From NCBI GenBank assembly GCA_963845245.1, contig CAWJRJ010000018.1, positions 128,001 through 192,000 on the forward strand: a stretch of DNA of 64,000 nt, in the 5' to 3' direction. A model generated the notes under the pieces. It searched no databases and was not told the DNA's origin. It was given only the letters and a program-made list of their open reading frames with translations. Both the position numbers and the translations under genes were made by a program. The DNA comes from Nitrospirota bacterium. GTDB lineage: Bacteria > Nitrospirota > JACRHJ01. Below are positions 24,685-35,079 of this stretch, one piece after another. Within the stretch, counting starts at the first letter, position 1; every line of letters starts with the position of its first letter.

Positions 24685-26133
24685 ATGGACAAAGGGCTTA
24701 TATTTGAAAAAGGCGGAAAGGGCAGGGCGGCATACAGCCTTCAGGCCTGCGATGTACCGGTACGGGATGCTGCGGACCTTTTGCCGAAAATTCTCCTGCG
24801 GGATGAGCCTCCCGCGCTCCCGGAGGTGTCCGAGCCGGAGCTTGTGCGTCACTATATAAACCTCTCCCAGCAAAACTACAGCGTGGACGGCAACTTCTAC
24901 CCGCTTGGTTCATGCACGATGAAATACAACCCCAAGATAAACGAGGACATGGCTAATCTGCCGGGGCTGAACCTCATCCACCCGCTCCAGCCGGACGAGA
25001 CCGTGCAGGGGGCGCTGAGGCTGATGTACGAGCTTGAGGGGCTGCTGAAGGAGATAGGCGGCCTGTCCAGGGTGTCGCTCCAGCCGGCCGCAGGGGCGCA
25101 GGGCGAGCTTACCGGGATGCTGGTCATACGTGCATATCATGAATCAAAGGGCGCGCCGCGCAGGAAGGTCATAGTCCCCGATTCTGCCCATGGCACCAAC
25201 CCTGCTTCAGCCCATCTTGCGGGCTTTGAGGTTGTGGAGGTAAAGTCAAGCCCCGAGGGGCTGGTGGACATTGAACGCCTCAGGGAGCTTGCGGACACGG
25301 ACACGGCGGGCTTCATGTTGACAGTCCCGAACACACTGGGGCTTTTTGAGAAGGACATAATAGAGATAAGCCGCATCATCCACGACGCGGGCGGCCTTAT
25401 GTACATGGACGGGGCCAATATGAATGCCCTGGTGGGGCTGGTGAGGCCGGGCGACATGGGCTTCGATGTCGTGCATTTCAACCTGCACAAGACCTTCTCC
25501 ACCCCGCACGGGGGAGGGGGGCCGGGTGCAGGGCCTGTGGGCGTAACGGAGGAGCTTGCGCGCTTCCTGCCGTCCCCGATGGTGGAGAAAGACGGCGACC
25601 GCTATTACCTGGATTATGACAGGCCGGACTCCATCGGCCGGGTGCAGGCATTCAACGGGAACTTCGGGGTGCTGGTGCGCGCCTACGCATACATCAGGAG
25701 CATGGGGCCGGACGGCCTCCGCGAGGTCTCCGAGAACGCCATCATCAACGCCAACTACCTGCTTGCAAGGCTGAAGGACCACTACCAGCTTGCGCACGAC
25801 ACCCATTGCATGCACGAGGTCGTCTTCTCCGGCAAGCTCCAGAAGGAGCAGGGCGTGCATACGAGGGACATCGCAAAGAGGCTGCTCGATTTCGGCTTCT
25901 ATGCCCCGACGGTATACTTCCCGCTCGTGGTGGATGAGGCGATAATGATCGAGCCGACCGAGACGGAATCGAAGCAGACGCTGGACGCATTCGTGGACGC
26001 GATGGTCGAGATTGCGCGCGAGGTTATCGAGACGCCCGAGAAGGTCCTGAACGCCCCGCACACCACACCGCTTTCCCGCCTTGACGAGACCGAGGCCGCA
26101 CGGCATCCGGTGATAAGGTACATTCCTAAATAA
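24685..26133 (+). CDS. gcvPB: Glycine dehydrogenase (decarboxylating) subunit 2
   Basis: [34 protein letters not shown] lysine in [23 protein letters not shown]. Confidence 0.96.
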   Translation: MDKGLIFEKGGKGRAAYSLQACDVPVRDAADLLPKILLRDEPPALPEVSEPELVRHYINLSQQNYSVDGNFYPLGSCTMKYNPKINEDMANLPGLNLIHPLQPDETVQGALRLMYELEGLLKEIGGLSRVSLQPAAGAQGELTGMLVIRAYHESKGAPRRKVIVPDSAHGTNPASAHLAGFEVVEVKSSPEGLVDIERLRELADTDTAGFMLTVPNTLGLFEKDIIEISRIIHDAGGLMYMDGANMNALVGLVRPGDMGFDVVHFNLHKTFSTPHGGGGPGAGPVGVTEELARFLPSPMVEKDGDRYYLDYDRPDSIGRVQAFNGNFGVLVRAYAYIRSMGPDGLREVSENAIINANYLLARLKDHYQLAHDTHCMHEVVFSGKLQKEQGVHTRDIAKRLLDFGFYAPTVYFPLVVDEAIMIEPTETESKQTLDAFVDAMVEIAREVIETPEKVLNAPHTTPLSRLDETEAARHPVIRYIPK

Positions 26134-26182
26134 TAAATGTAAGTAAACTTTATTGTTGCTTTTCTGATATAGATTGCGCATA

Positions 26183-26207
26183 ATTCCTCGAAATTAAATC
26201 GAGGAAT
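26183..26207 (+). promoter_or_regulatory. 9-bp inverted repeat covering the cytochrome RBS
   Basis: ATTCCTCGA-AATTAAA-TCGAGGAAT immediately before ATG 26208. Confidence 0.55.
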
Positions 26208-29200
26208 ATGGAATATAAAAGTAACAGGATTTTGATAGTTCTGACGCTCGCTGTCCTCCTTTTTTGCAGTGTGAGGATAAGCGCGGCGGCGTCTGAACTC
26301 CAGCACACGAACTGGGATCCTAGCATTGACGGGGACTGCACGGTCTGCCATGTTTCACCTTCGACTTTCCTGAATCAAGACTACAAAGACGATCCCGGCT
26401 TCTGCGTTGCCTGCCATAACCCGTCCGGTGTGGGGCATGACAAGGGTGTTTCCGGATATTCACATCCTGTAATGGCGATTGTGACTACGGGTGGAAACAG
26501 GTTCCCCACGTATGGAAACATGACTGCGGCCGAGGCTAACAATCAGCCATTTTCCAGGCTAAGGAACGGGTCGATGGTGTCATGCATTACATGCCACAAC
26601 ACAATGCAAAAGACCGAAGACGCCTCCAGGGTATGGGAGTACACTTCCACCAGCGACAATACAACATACAGGCTTCAGAACGGCGGATGGTCTTCTCATG
26701 GATATTTGAAGCCGTTGGTATACAGTGATACAAACCTGTGGTCCGGCCCGACTTATTCAAAGAGCAAAAAGGCCTATGTTGTCGACAAGTCAGAATACTC
26801 CTTTAACGAGTACTCGGGATTTGTCAGGTTCAATGCACAGCAACCTGACCCGACCTATATATATGTTACTCTTGATTATCCTTACCTGCGTGCGTCAAAT
26901 CTCGATAACCATCTTTGCCTGGACTGCCATACACAGGCCACGCATAAAGACAACAATTGTCTCGTCTGCCACACAGCCCACAATACAGCCAACAAAAGCG
27001 GCGTGAGGGAGATAATAAGGACGACAGACCTTTCCGAGAGGCCGGTTGTATTCAGGAACCAGTCCGGCATGAACTCCTTTGCCGACGGCGATGGGGTCTA
27101 CGACGGTATATGCGAGGTTTGCCACACGGCAACCAAGTATTACAGACGGGACGGAAGTGGGTTTACAAACCATTCGGGCGGAGTCGATTATTCAAGAGCA
27201 AGCTGTATTGAATGTCATAGGCACTCTGAAGGTTTTGCCTATAAACCACCTACTTTTGAGACGAACACCACTGTTGTACCGCCTACGCCGACCGCCCCGA
27301 ACCTTGCCGGTACCCGCGGCGGTTACAAGAGGATTTATGTAGGTCTGGCAAATCCTATCCGCTCGGGTAATGACGCGGATTTCCAATATACCATGATATA
27401 TTGGAAGCAGGGAGCCTACACCGACCCTTATCTCGACACAAGTGGGATGCCAACTGTCGGGTACTATGTGCTACCAAACAGCGATTGCGGCATTCCAGGG
27501 AAGTTCACCGGCACCGGCACTATCACAACAATCTTCAATGACGAGAACACGGTGCTTCCTAATAACGTAGAGCCCAACCTGCAAGCATCGCAATACACGT
27601 TGATTGCGGTCTCTCATTACAGTTGCAGAGGTTTCGTTACAAACAATACGACCGCTTCTGTTCAACCATACCTTTGCGGTGACGACCCGGAATTCCCTGG
27701 CGCGCCGCCTATAAACGGCGGGGTGAACCCGAGCCCGCCTTATCAGGCTTATGGCGGGTTAAACGTTACCAGAAGCGGGGGATGCCTACTTAGCGACCCC
27801 GTAACCGGAGTGGAAACAAGGCAGCCTATAAGCTTTACTTTTTCTTATGGCGGCGAAGGCGTTATTTATGATTATGCGGGTGTTTATGTTGAAAAAAGAG
27901 AAAACGGCACTCTCCTTGGAAGCTGGGGCCCGCTCTGGTCGAGTTTCGTTGATCCGGCGCCGGCACTCGATTCGGACGGCCACCACTATGACTACTGGTT
28001 CAAGCTTGCCGACTGTGCATATGTCAACGGAACTAACACGACGGATATAACATCCGACGCTGATGCCATGAAGATAAACGGCGTTGCGCCTGGAGACATT
28101 ACCGAGCAGACTGGCGGCAAGGTGGTCGTATTCGGGAGTTTCTCCTCGATACCGGGTGGCTCGTTTTATCACAACGCCGTCAAGTTCAATATAGTAAATA
28201 CTGCGGCTTGCAATATCAGTTTACAATCGTTCGACAATATCACATGGAACAATGCCGACGCGTATTTGCAGAACGTAATCATAGGGCCGTCGACCCCGAT
28301 AGGGGGTACGGCTGCTTATCAACAGGACGTTGCCGTGCCTGACGGGTCGGTTTTGTCCGGTACAAACCGCGTTGCTTCCGTGCCATTTACAACCAATCCA
28401 TTGATCCAGGACTTTGGTACGGCCGTGGGTCCATCTATGGCGATACCGGTGACGCTTGTATTCACCAACTCGTCCGGAGGCATGGACCAAATTGTAGACA
28501 TGAGGAACACGACCATTACGCTGAATGCAAAATACATTAACACCTCCACAAACGGCACCTGCTCGAAAAACGGGACAATAAGTGTATCGCTTGGGCCAGT
28601 AATTTCCGGCGTCGAACAGGACAAACCTCTGTCATCTACCCTCCCGTTTGCCGTACCGGGAAGTTCAGGTACTAACATTCCTCCGGCTATAATTGTAGAC
28701 AGCGGAACGACGGCCAATGTCATCGGTTATGTGAATGATCTGGATGCCGCCCTTTCTTCGGTCAAGCTTTACTATAAGACTACAGGGCAGGGCGTGACCA
28801 GTGTTGACGGTTCCGGGTTTACTGAGTTGAACCTGCTTAACCCCAGCAGTAATATTTACACCCTTACGGATGGCAACACTGATAACAGGATACCGATTTC
28901 GGATGGACTTAGGGTCTGGTATTACTTTGTCGCGAGGGATACCGCCGGGAATTTCGACACCTCGCCAGCGGCAGGCAACGGCTATTACACGTACGACCAG
29001 AAAATAGTCAACATATGCGACAAGACCCCGCAAGCCCCTGTGCTGACCGCAACAAAGACTACCGTTGGGCCTACCGATTACGGCCATCTTTCTTGGACGG
29101 TCGTGACAAAATATACCGATGGCTCAGACATCCAATTGTCGGGAACTGCTGCGGACGCCATAAAATACGACGTCTACAGGCAGGACGGGTTTACCGGAAG

Positions 29201-30113
29201 TCTCGTGAATATAGCGTCCAACCTTACTGCCCTCATGTACGACGATCCGACTGCGCTTACACAGCCTGCAACGTATTATGTGAAGGCGAAGAACGCATGT
29301 ACAGACCCAGGACCTAATGTAAGCTCGCAATCTAATCTTGGCACAATCTGCGCAGGAACGTCGGCTTCATGCGCCGTAGTCGTCGATCCGTCGGTAGCAT
29401 CGCTTAACACCAACTGGAGCAACCACACACTTGATGCACCTGTACCGGTGGACCTTTCTGTTTTCATCTGCGACAGGGTGAACGACGGGGGCGTCTGGGA
29501 CGGAGTTGATATTAGAAGCAGGATTATAATGACGATCTCTTCGGCGGCCGAGCCAAACCAGATTATCTATCTGTATGAGGTGAACGGAGACAGTGGGGTA
29601 TTCAAGCCGCTCGCCAACCCGAATATTCCGTTCCCCACGGACGCAGACGCATCAAAAATCAGCATAACAGCAAACCCCGCGCTGTACACCGGTGTTACCC
29701 TTGTGCAGGGTGCCACTACGGCCACAAACCTTTCGGATACCGTTACCTTTACGACCGATGCGGGATGCGGAAACGTGAGCGCCAGCGTCGCTGTATCCAC
29801 AGACCCGTGTTCAAATACTCCAGTACAGGTCACCGGCGTCACGACGCCTACGGTAACTGGTTCCGGTAGCACTGCAGTTGTTGGGTTCTCGTGGATGCAG
29901 GTGACTATCAACACTGACGGGTCTACGATTAACGACCTGGTAAAATATAGGATATATAAGAATGACGTGTTGTACAAAGAAGTTACAACCAACTCGATAT
30001 CTGTTTCAATAACGGATTTTGCAAGGAATGTTCCAACTATATTAACGGTTTCGGCTGTTGATTCCTGCGGTAACGAAGGCGCGAAGTCGGCTGGTGTGGG
30101 TTTCACGAGATAA
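26208..30113 (+). CDS. Secreted multiheme c-type cytochrome (7 CxxCH) fused to a ~950-aa beta-rich extracellular region with Fn3-like domains
   Basis: Signal peptide; CTVCH, CVACH, CITCH, CLDCH, CLVCH, CEVCH, CIECH in first ~340 aa; Pro/Thr linker; two SW...TDGS...KY.[VI]Y repeats. Confidence 0.88.
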   Translation: MEYKSNRILIVLTLAVLLFCSVRISAAASELQHTNWDPSIDGDCTVCHVSPSTFLNQDYKDDPGFCVACHNPSGVGHDKGVSGYSHPVMAIVTTGGNRFPTYGNMTAAEANNQPFSRLRNGSMVSCITCHNTMQKTEDASRVWEYTSTSDNTTYRLQNGGWSSHGYLKPLVYSDTNLWSGPTYSKSKKAYVVDKSEYSFNEYSGFVRFNAQQPDPTYIYVTLDYPYLRASNLDNHLCLDCHTQATHKDNNCLVCHTAHNTANKSGVREIIRTTDLSERPVVFRNQSGMNSFADGDGVYDGICEVCHTATKYYRRDGSGFTNHSGGVDYSRASCIECHRHSEGFAYKPPTFETNTTVVPPTPTAPNLAGTRGGYKRIYVGLANPIRSGNDADFQYTMIYWKQGAYTDPYLDTSGMPTVGYYVLPNSDCGIPGKFTGTGTITTIFNDENTVLPNNVEPNLQASQYTLIAVSHYSCRGFVTNNTTASVQPYLCGDDPEFPGAPPINGGVNPSPPYQAYGGLNVTRSGGCLLSDPVTGVETRQPISFTFSYGGEGVIYDYAGVYVEKRENGTLLGSWGPLWSSFVDPAPALDSDGHHYDYWFKLADCAYVNGTNTTDITSDADAMKINGVAPGDITEQTGGKVVVFGSFSSIPGGSFYHNAVKFNIVNTAACNISLQSFDNITWNNADAYLQNVIIGPSTPIGGTAAYQQDVAVPDGSVLSGTNRVASVPFTTNPLIQDFGTAVGPSMAIPVTLVFTNSSGGMDQIVDMRNTTITLNAKYINTSTNGTCSKNGTISVSLGPVISGVEQDKPLSSTLPFAVPGSSGTNIPPAIIVDSGTTANVIGYVNDLDAALSSVKLYYKTTGQGVTSVDGSGFTELNLLNPSSNIYTLTDGNTDNRIPISDGLRVWYYFVARDTAGNFDTSPAAGNGYYTYDQKIVNICDKTPQAPVLTATKTTVGPTDYGHLSWTVVTKYTDGSDIQLSGTAADAIKYDVYRQDGFTGSLVNIASNLTALMYDDPTALTQPATYYVKAKNACTDPGPNVSSQSNLGTICAGTSASCAVVVDPSVASLNTNWSNHTLDAPVPVDLSVFICDRVNDGGVWDGVDIRSRIIMTISSAAEPNQIIYLYEVNGDSGVFKPLANPNIPFPTDADASKISITANPALYTGVTLVQGATTATNLSDTVTFTTDAGCGNVSASVAVSTDPCSNTPVQVTGVTTPTVTGSGSTAVVGFSWMQVTINTDGSTINDLVKYRIYKNDVLYKEVTTNSISVSITDFARNVPTILTVSAVDSCGNEGAKSAGVGFTR

Positions 30114-30202
30114 AACTAGGAATATAACTATTAGATCTGTTCTGAGATATCTGTAATATTGTTGACTTATCCCCTCAAAACCCATACCCCTTGCTTTTAT
30201 AC

Positions 30203-30231
30203 TTGACTACCGTTGGACGCTATCATAAAAT
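30203..30231 (+). promoter_or_regulatory. Putative sigma70 promoter for beta-helix genes
   Basis: TTGACT-17 bp-TAAAAT. Confidence 0.55.
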
Positions 30232-30278
30232 TCGTTGTCATTGTTTTATCGGGAATTATAGTCATAGGAGGAGGATTT

Positions 30279-31043
30279 ATGAAGAGATTTATTATGGGAG
30301 TCGCGGGGTTGAGCATGTTCATGTGCATAACCGCAAATGCATTCGCTGGCGGTGCAAAGGTCACAGTCATAAAGGCTATACCGACCACAATAAGTTTGCC
30401 TGGCGTCTACACCCTTGGGGCCAACCTTACTTCAGCGTCGTCTACCGCGCACGCAATAACCGTGAACGCCGACAACGTTGTCATCGACATGGCTGGATAC
30501 GGCATCAGGGGCACAGGCATCGGCGAGGCCGACGGCATATTTGTGAACGGTACGGGAGTCGAGATAAGAAACGGTTCCGTAACGGGTTTCTTAAATGGAA
30601 TCCTTGGTAATAACGGAGGGGTGCGAATTATCAATGTCAAGGTTGCTTCGATCTATAGCTATCCTATATACATCACCGGCAACGGTAACCGCGTTAAGGA
30701 TTGTACGGTGACGGGCGGCAACTACGCCGGTATAGTAGTTCAGGGCTACGGAAGCATAATCACTGGAAATACTGTATATGGAATGTTAACCACTGGTTCC
30801 GGAATCTTTAGTGGCGGCGCCAACTATATCAGCGGCAACACTATCTATTCCAACACCGGATCTGGGATAATCGCGAATCCAGGCAGTGCAGTACTGGGAA
30901 ACACCGTGCATGATAACGGCGTAAAGGGCATAAATAACGATGTAGGCTACGCACTGATAAACGACAACGCCGTATATAACAACGCCGGTGGCAACATTAT
31001 CCCCGGGGCCGGCACCGTTACCGGCATTAACCTCGCGCCTTAG
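30279..31043 (+). CDS. Secreted right-handed parallel beta-helix (NosD/CASH-like) protein 1
   Basis: SD GGAGGAGG, signal peptide, TISLPGVYTL, repeated I.GN.V..N...GI motifs. Confidence 0.8.
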   Translation: MKRFIMGVAGLSMFMCITANAFAGGAKVTVIKAIPTTISLPGVYTLGANLTSASSTAHAITVNADNVVIDMAGYGIRGTGIGEADGIFVNGTGVEIRNGSVTGFLNGILGNNGGVRIINVKVASIYSYPIYITGNGNRVKDCTVTGGNYAGIVVQGYGSIITGNTVYGMLTTGSGIFSGGANYISGNTIYSNTGSGIIANPGSAVLGNTVHDNGVKGINNDVGYALINDNAVYNNAGGNIIPGAGTVTGINLAP

Positions 31044-31094
31044 CCGCAAACAATATCATAAAGTATTTTTTATATTCGAATCAGGAGGCAGGAA

Positions 31095-31856
31095 ATGAAG
31101 AGATACATAATAACATTATTTGTTGTTGCAATTTTGGCCATGTCGGATCAGGCCGCTTTTGCCAAAGGGCCCATTGTCATCAAAGCGCTGCCGGTTACTA
31201 TCAGCGTGCCGGGGCAATATATACTCGGGGGCAATCTGATCTCGACGTCGTCTGGAATTGAAGCTATAACCATCACAGCTGACAATGTTGTACTGGATAT
31301 GGGCGGTTACGGAATAAAGGGACAGGACAGCGGCACTGCAGCCGGGATATATGTGGTAGGCACGGGCGTCGATATAAAGAACGGGTTCGTGACGGACTTC
31401 TATGACGGGATTGTGTCAAGCAGCGTCGGCGTGCGCGTAATAAACGTGAGGACCTATTCGAACAACCATTACGGAATATTGCTTGAGGGCAATGGTTCTT
31501 TAGTGAAGGACTGCGCTGTGGAGGACAACACCGACACCGGCATTGCTATGATAAACGGCATCGCTGTTGGCAACATAGTGCATGGATCTATTGTTGGTAT
31601 AAGTGCACCCGATGGCCGATTCACCGCCACCGGCAACGCGGTCTACGATAACAACGCCGGGATATCCTGCGGACCGGGAAGCCTAATATCAGACAACGTA
31701 GTCTACGGCAATGTAGCTACCTATGGCATAGAATCAACTGCCGGTTACTGCTTCGTAAACAACAACGCTATATACCACAACGGCGAAACCAGCGCTCTCG
31801 GTAATCTGGTGCTGCTGGGATCGGGTAACGTACCGGGCATTAACCTCGCGCCATAA
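31095..31856 (+). CDS. Secreted right-handed parallel beta-helix protein 2 (paralog)
   Basis: Signal peptide, TISVPGQYIL, AITITADNVVLDMGGYGI, same C-terminal GINLAP. Confidence 0.8.
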   Translation: MKRYIITLFVVAILAMSDQAAFAKGPIVIKALPVTISVPGQYILGGNLISTSSGIEAITITADNVVLDMGGYGIKGQDSGTAAGIYVVGTGVDIKNGFVTDFYDGIVSSSVGVRVINVRTYSNNHYGILLEGNGSLVKDCAVEDNTDTGIAMINGIAVGNIVHGSIVGISAPDGRFTATGNAVYDNNAGISCGPGSLISDNVVYGNVATYGIESTAGYCFVNNNAIYHNGETSALGNLVLLGSGNVPGINLAP

Positions 31857-31868
31857 AAAGATCCCATA

Positions 31869-32777
31869 ATGGAACTTTTCCTCCAGCAAATCATAAACGG
31901 CCTGACAGTCGGCGCGGTGTACGCCCTGATAGCCCTCGGCTACACGATGGTGTACGGCATACTTGAGCTTATAAACTTCGCGCACGGCGAGATATACATG
32001 CTGGGCGCGTACCTGGGGATAATCGTCCTCGGGTTCCTCACAGTAATCGGCCTTACGGCTATGAGCCTGCCGCTCGCTATATTCATAACTATAATCCTGG
32101 CGGGAGCAATCTGCGCGGCGTACGGCATGACGATGGAGAAGGTGGCGTACAAGCCCCTGCGGAACGCGCCCAAGCTCGCCCCGCTGATTTCCGCGATGGG
32201 CGTCTCGATATTCCTCCAGAACTACGTCATGCTGACGCAGGGCGCGACTGACAAGGTGTTCCCGAACATCATCCCAAAGGCGTCGGTGAACTTCCTCGGC
32301 GCGGACGTGACGTACATCCAGATATTCATCATGGCCGCGTCAGTCATACTGATGGGGGCCCTGCACTTCTTCATCATGAAGACGAAGATGGGCAAGGCGA
32401 TGCGGGCGACCGCGCTGGACAAGAAGATGGCGGGGCTTTTGGGGATTAACGTCAACTCCATAATCTCGATGACCTTCATGATAGGCTCGTTCCTCGCGGC
32501 CGTGGCGGGCGTGATGGTCGCGATGTACTACGGGCTGGTGAACTTCTCGATAGGCTACCTCGCGGGCATGAAGGCCTTTACGGCGGCGGTGCTGGGCGGC
32601 ATTGGCAACGTGCCCGGCGCGATGCTGGGCGGTTTTTTGCTAGGAGTGCTTGAGAGCCTGGGGGCGGGGTATCTGTGGCCGGAGTACAAGGACGCGTTCG
32701 CGTTCATCGTGCTGGTGCTCATCCTTATAATCAGGCCGCAGGGGCTGCTCGGGGCGAGGGTGCCGGACAAGGTGTAA
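31869..32777 (+). CDS. livH: Branched-chain amino acid ABC transporter permease LivH
   Basis: GAVYALIALGYTMVYG, INFAHG, GKAMRA, KAFTAAVLGGIG, RPQGLLG. Confidence 0.95.
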   Translation: MELFLQQIINGLTVGAVYALIALGYTMVYGILELINFAHGEIYMLGAYLGIIVLGFLTVIGLTAMSLPLAIFITIILAGAICAAYGMTMEKVAYKPLRNAPKLAPLISAMGVSIFLQNYVMLTQGATDKVFPNIIPKASVNFLGADVTYIQIFIMAASVILMGALHFFIMKTKMGKAMRATALDKKMAGLLGINVNSIISMTFMIGSFLAAVAGVMVAMYYGLVNFSIGYLAGMKAFTAAVLGGIGNVPGAMLGGFLLGVLESLGAGYLWPEYKDAFAFIVLVLILIIRPQGLLGARVPDKV

Positions 32778-32787
32778 TGGCAAAGCT

Positions 32788-33951
32788 ATGATGGCAAACA
32801 AATACATAAAGACTGTCCTGATAGCCCTATGGTTCGGCCTGCTCGCGATACCGTTCGCGGGGCTTACCAAGGCCGCATACATCGCGGGCGCGGTGCTGGC
32901 TGGCGTGGCCGTCGTGAGTGTATTAAAGTCATCTGAGGAACAATTCCACCGAGTATACGCAGTGCCGGGAAGGTGGACGATTTCATAAACAGCGCGATGA
33001 GCGGCCGGAACAGATACGCGGTAATGTCGGTAACGCTCGTGCTCCTCGTGGTGTTCCCGTTCGTCGCAAACAGGTACGCGCTCGACCTGGCGACACAGGC
33101 CGGGATATACATCGTCCTTGCTCTTGGAGCTGAACATTGTCGTCGGCCAGACCGGACTTCTGGTGTTCGGGTACGTCGCGTTCTATGCGGTTGGGGCGTA
33201 CACCTACGCGATACTCTCCACCGCCCACGGTTTCAGCTTCTGGGCCGTCCTGCCGATTGCTGCATTCTTCGCTGGGATATTCGGGATACTGCTCGGCGCG
33301 CCCGCGCTAAGGCTTCGGGGCGACTACCTCGCTATCGTGACGCTCGGCTTCGGTGAGATTACAAGGATAGTGCTGAACAACTGGGACAGCCTGACGGGCG
33401 GACCGAATGGGATATCCGGTGTAGCCAGGCCGTCCATCGGCCCGTTTGTGTTTTCAAGTCTGAACCACTTCTACTACCTCGTGCTTGTCCTGGTCATACT
33501 GACGATAATAGTGGTGAGCCGCCTGAACGATTCGAGGGTAGGGCGGGCATGGATAGCTATACGCGAGGACGAGGTCGCCGCGGAGGCGATGGGCGTTAAC
33601 ACCTTCGCATTCAAGATGCTCTCGTTCGGGCTGGGCGCGGTGGTTGCGGGGCTTGCAGGTGCGTTCTATGTGGCCAAGATGGGCTTTGTCAGCCCGGAGA
33701 GTTTCAACTTCTTCGAGTCGGTGATAATACTCTGCATGGTGGTGCTTGGCGGCATGGGCAGCATACCGGGCGTGGTGTTCGGCTCGCTGGTGCTCTTCCT
33801 CATGCCGGAGGCGCTTCGGGACTTCCAGCAGTACAGGATGCTGATATTCGGCGGCTCGCTTGTCATGATAATGGTGTTCCGGCCGCAGGGCTTCATAGGC
33901 ACCAGAAGGACCGGGATAGAGCTTGCCCACAAGGAAGCAGGGAACCTATGA
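32788..33951 (+). CDS. livM: Branched-chain amino acid ABC transporter permease LivM (frameshifts near 32960 and 33125)
   Basis: LNIVVG..G, RLRGDYLAIVTLGFGEI, GRAWIAIREDE.AAEAMG, VLGGMGS. Confidence 0.92.
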
Positions 33952-35079
33952 CCTTATCCCGTGTACCGGAAAAATATTCTTCCGCAAGATAGACAGCATT
34001 TTCTCCGCACCAAGCCTTTGGGCCTTCAGCTCTTTAGCCGCAAGATGTAACGGCTCATCCCTGAGAAGTTTCCCCGACAGGCCATTCTCCTTAAGCAAAG
34101 CAATATATGACGCGGGCAACTCGTTCGGAAGGTCTATCCCGGCCATGATGCCAAACGCGAGCGACCATGCGCGCGCTACGTTGGCCACGTCATAGCCTCC
34201 ACCGCCCATACCGACCCATGGGATGCCTGACTTTGCAAACCAGTCCACCATCTTAGTAAAGCCGTTGGTAGTCACGTTCAGGTGGGCTAGGGGGTCTGTA
34301 GCGAAGCTGTCGCAGCCGAGCTGGGTGACTATTATGTCCGGGCAGAACGCCGCAATCAGTGGCGGCACAAGCTCAAAGAATCCCCACGTGAATACCTCGT
34401 CGCCTGTTCCCGGCAGTAATGGCAGGTTTACGGAAAACCCAAGCCCCTTGCCGCTTCCGGATTCTTCAGGTGACCCCGTGCCGGGGAATAGGTAATGCCC
34501 GTCTTCGTGGAGCGAAATCGTGAGCACACGGTCGGTCTCGTAGAATATCTTCTGGACGCCGTCTCCGTGGTGGGCGTCGATGTCAATGTAGGCGACCTTC
34601 ACTCCTTTATCGACGAGGTATTGGATGGCAACGGCGGGGTCGTTGATATAGCAGAATCCTGAGGCCCGGCCGGGCATTGCATGGTGAAGCCCGCCGGCGA
34701 TGTTGAAGGCTGTTTTTGATTTTCCTGAGTGTACGAGTATTGCGGCCTGGAGAGATGCCCCGGTCGAGAGCATGGAGCCCGCATAAATGCCCTTGAAGAC
34801 AGGGTTGTCTCCGTAGCCAAGCCCGTACCTTGAGGGGTCTCCAGGGGTTTTGCCTTCATCTATTCCTTTAAGGACTTCTATGTAATCGCGGTTGTGGACT
34901 GCCTCGACGTCTTTCGGGCTGGCGGACATGGTCTCAACGAACTCGACGTCTTCATTGCTGAAGACGCCGTATGCCTTGAGAAGTTGGTGAGTGAGTTTTA
35001 AACGGACCATCTTGAGCGGGTGTCCGCCGCCGTAGTCGTACTCCTGCATCTTTTCGGTGTAGATGAAGGAGGTACTCAT
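33946..35079 (-). CDS. acuC: Acetoin utilization protein AcuC / class I HDAC-family deacetylase
   Basis: HPLK..R, GGLHHA, SGFCYIND, YIDIDAHHGDGVQ, FPGTG, DPLAHL, GGGGY. Confidence 0.9.
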   Translation of the reverse strand: MSTSFIYTEKMQEYDYGGGHPLKMVRLKLTHQLLKAYGVFSNEDVEFVETMSASPKDVEAVHNRDYIEVLKGIDEGKTPGDPSRYGLGYGDNPVFKGIYAGSMLSTGASLQAAILVHSGKSKTAFNIAGGLHHAMPGRASGFCYINDPAVAIQYLVDKGVKVAYIDIDAHHGDGVQKIFYETDRVLTISLHEDGHYLFPGTGSPEESGSGKGLGFSVNLPLLPGTGDEVFTWGFFELVPPLIAAFCPDIIVTQLGCDSFATDPLAHLNVTTNGFTKMVDWFAKSGIPWVGMGGGGYDVANVARAWSLAFGIMAGIDLPNELPASYIALLKENGLSGKLLRDEPLHLAAKELKAQRLGAEKMLSILRKNIFPVHGIRS

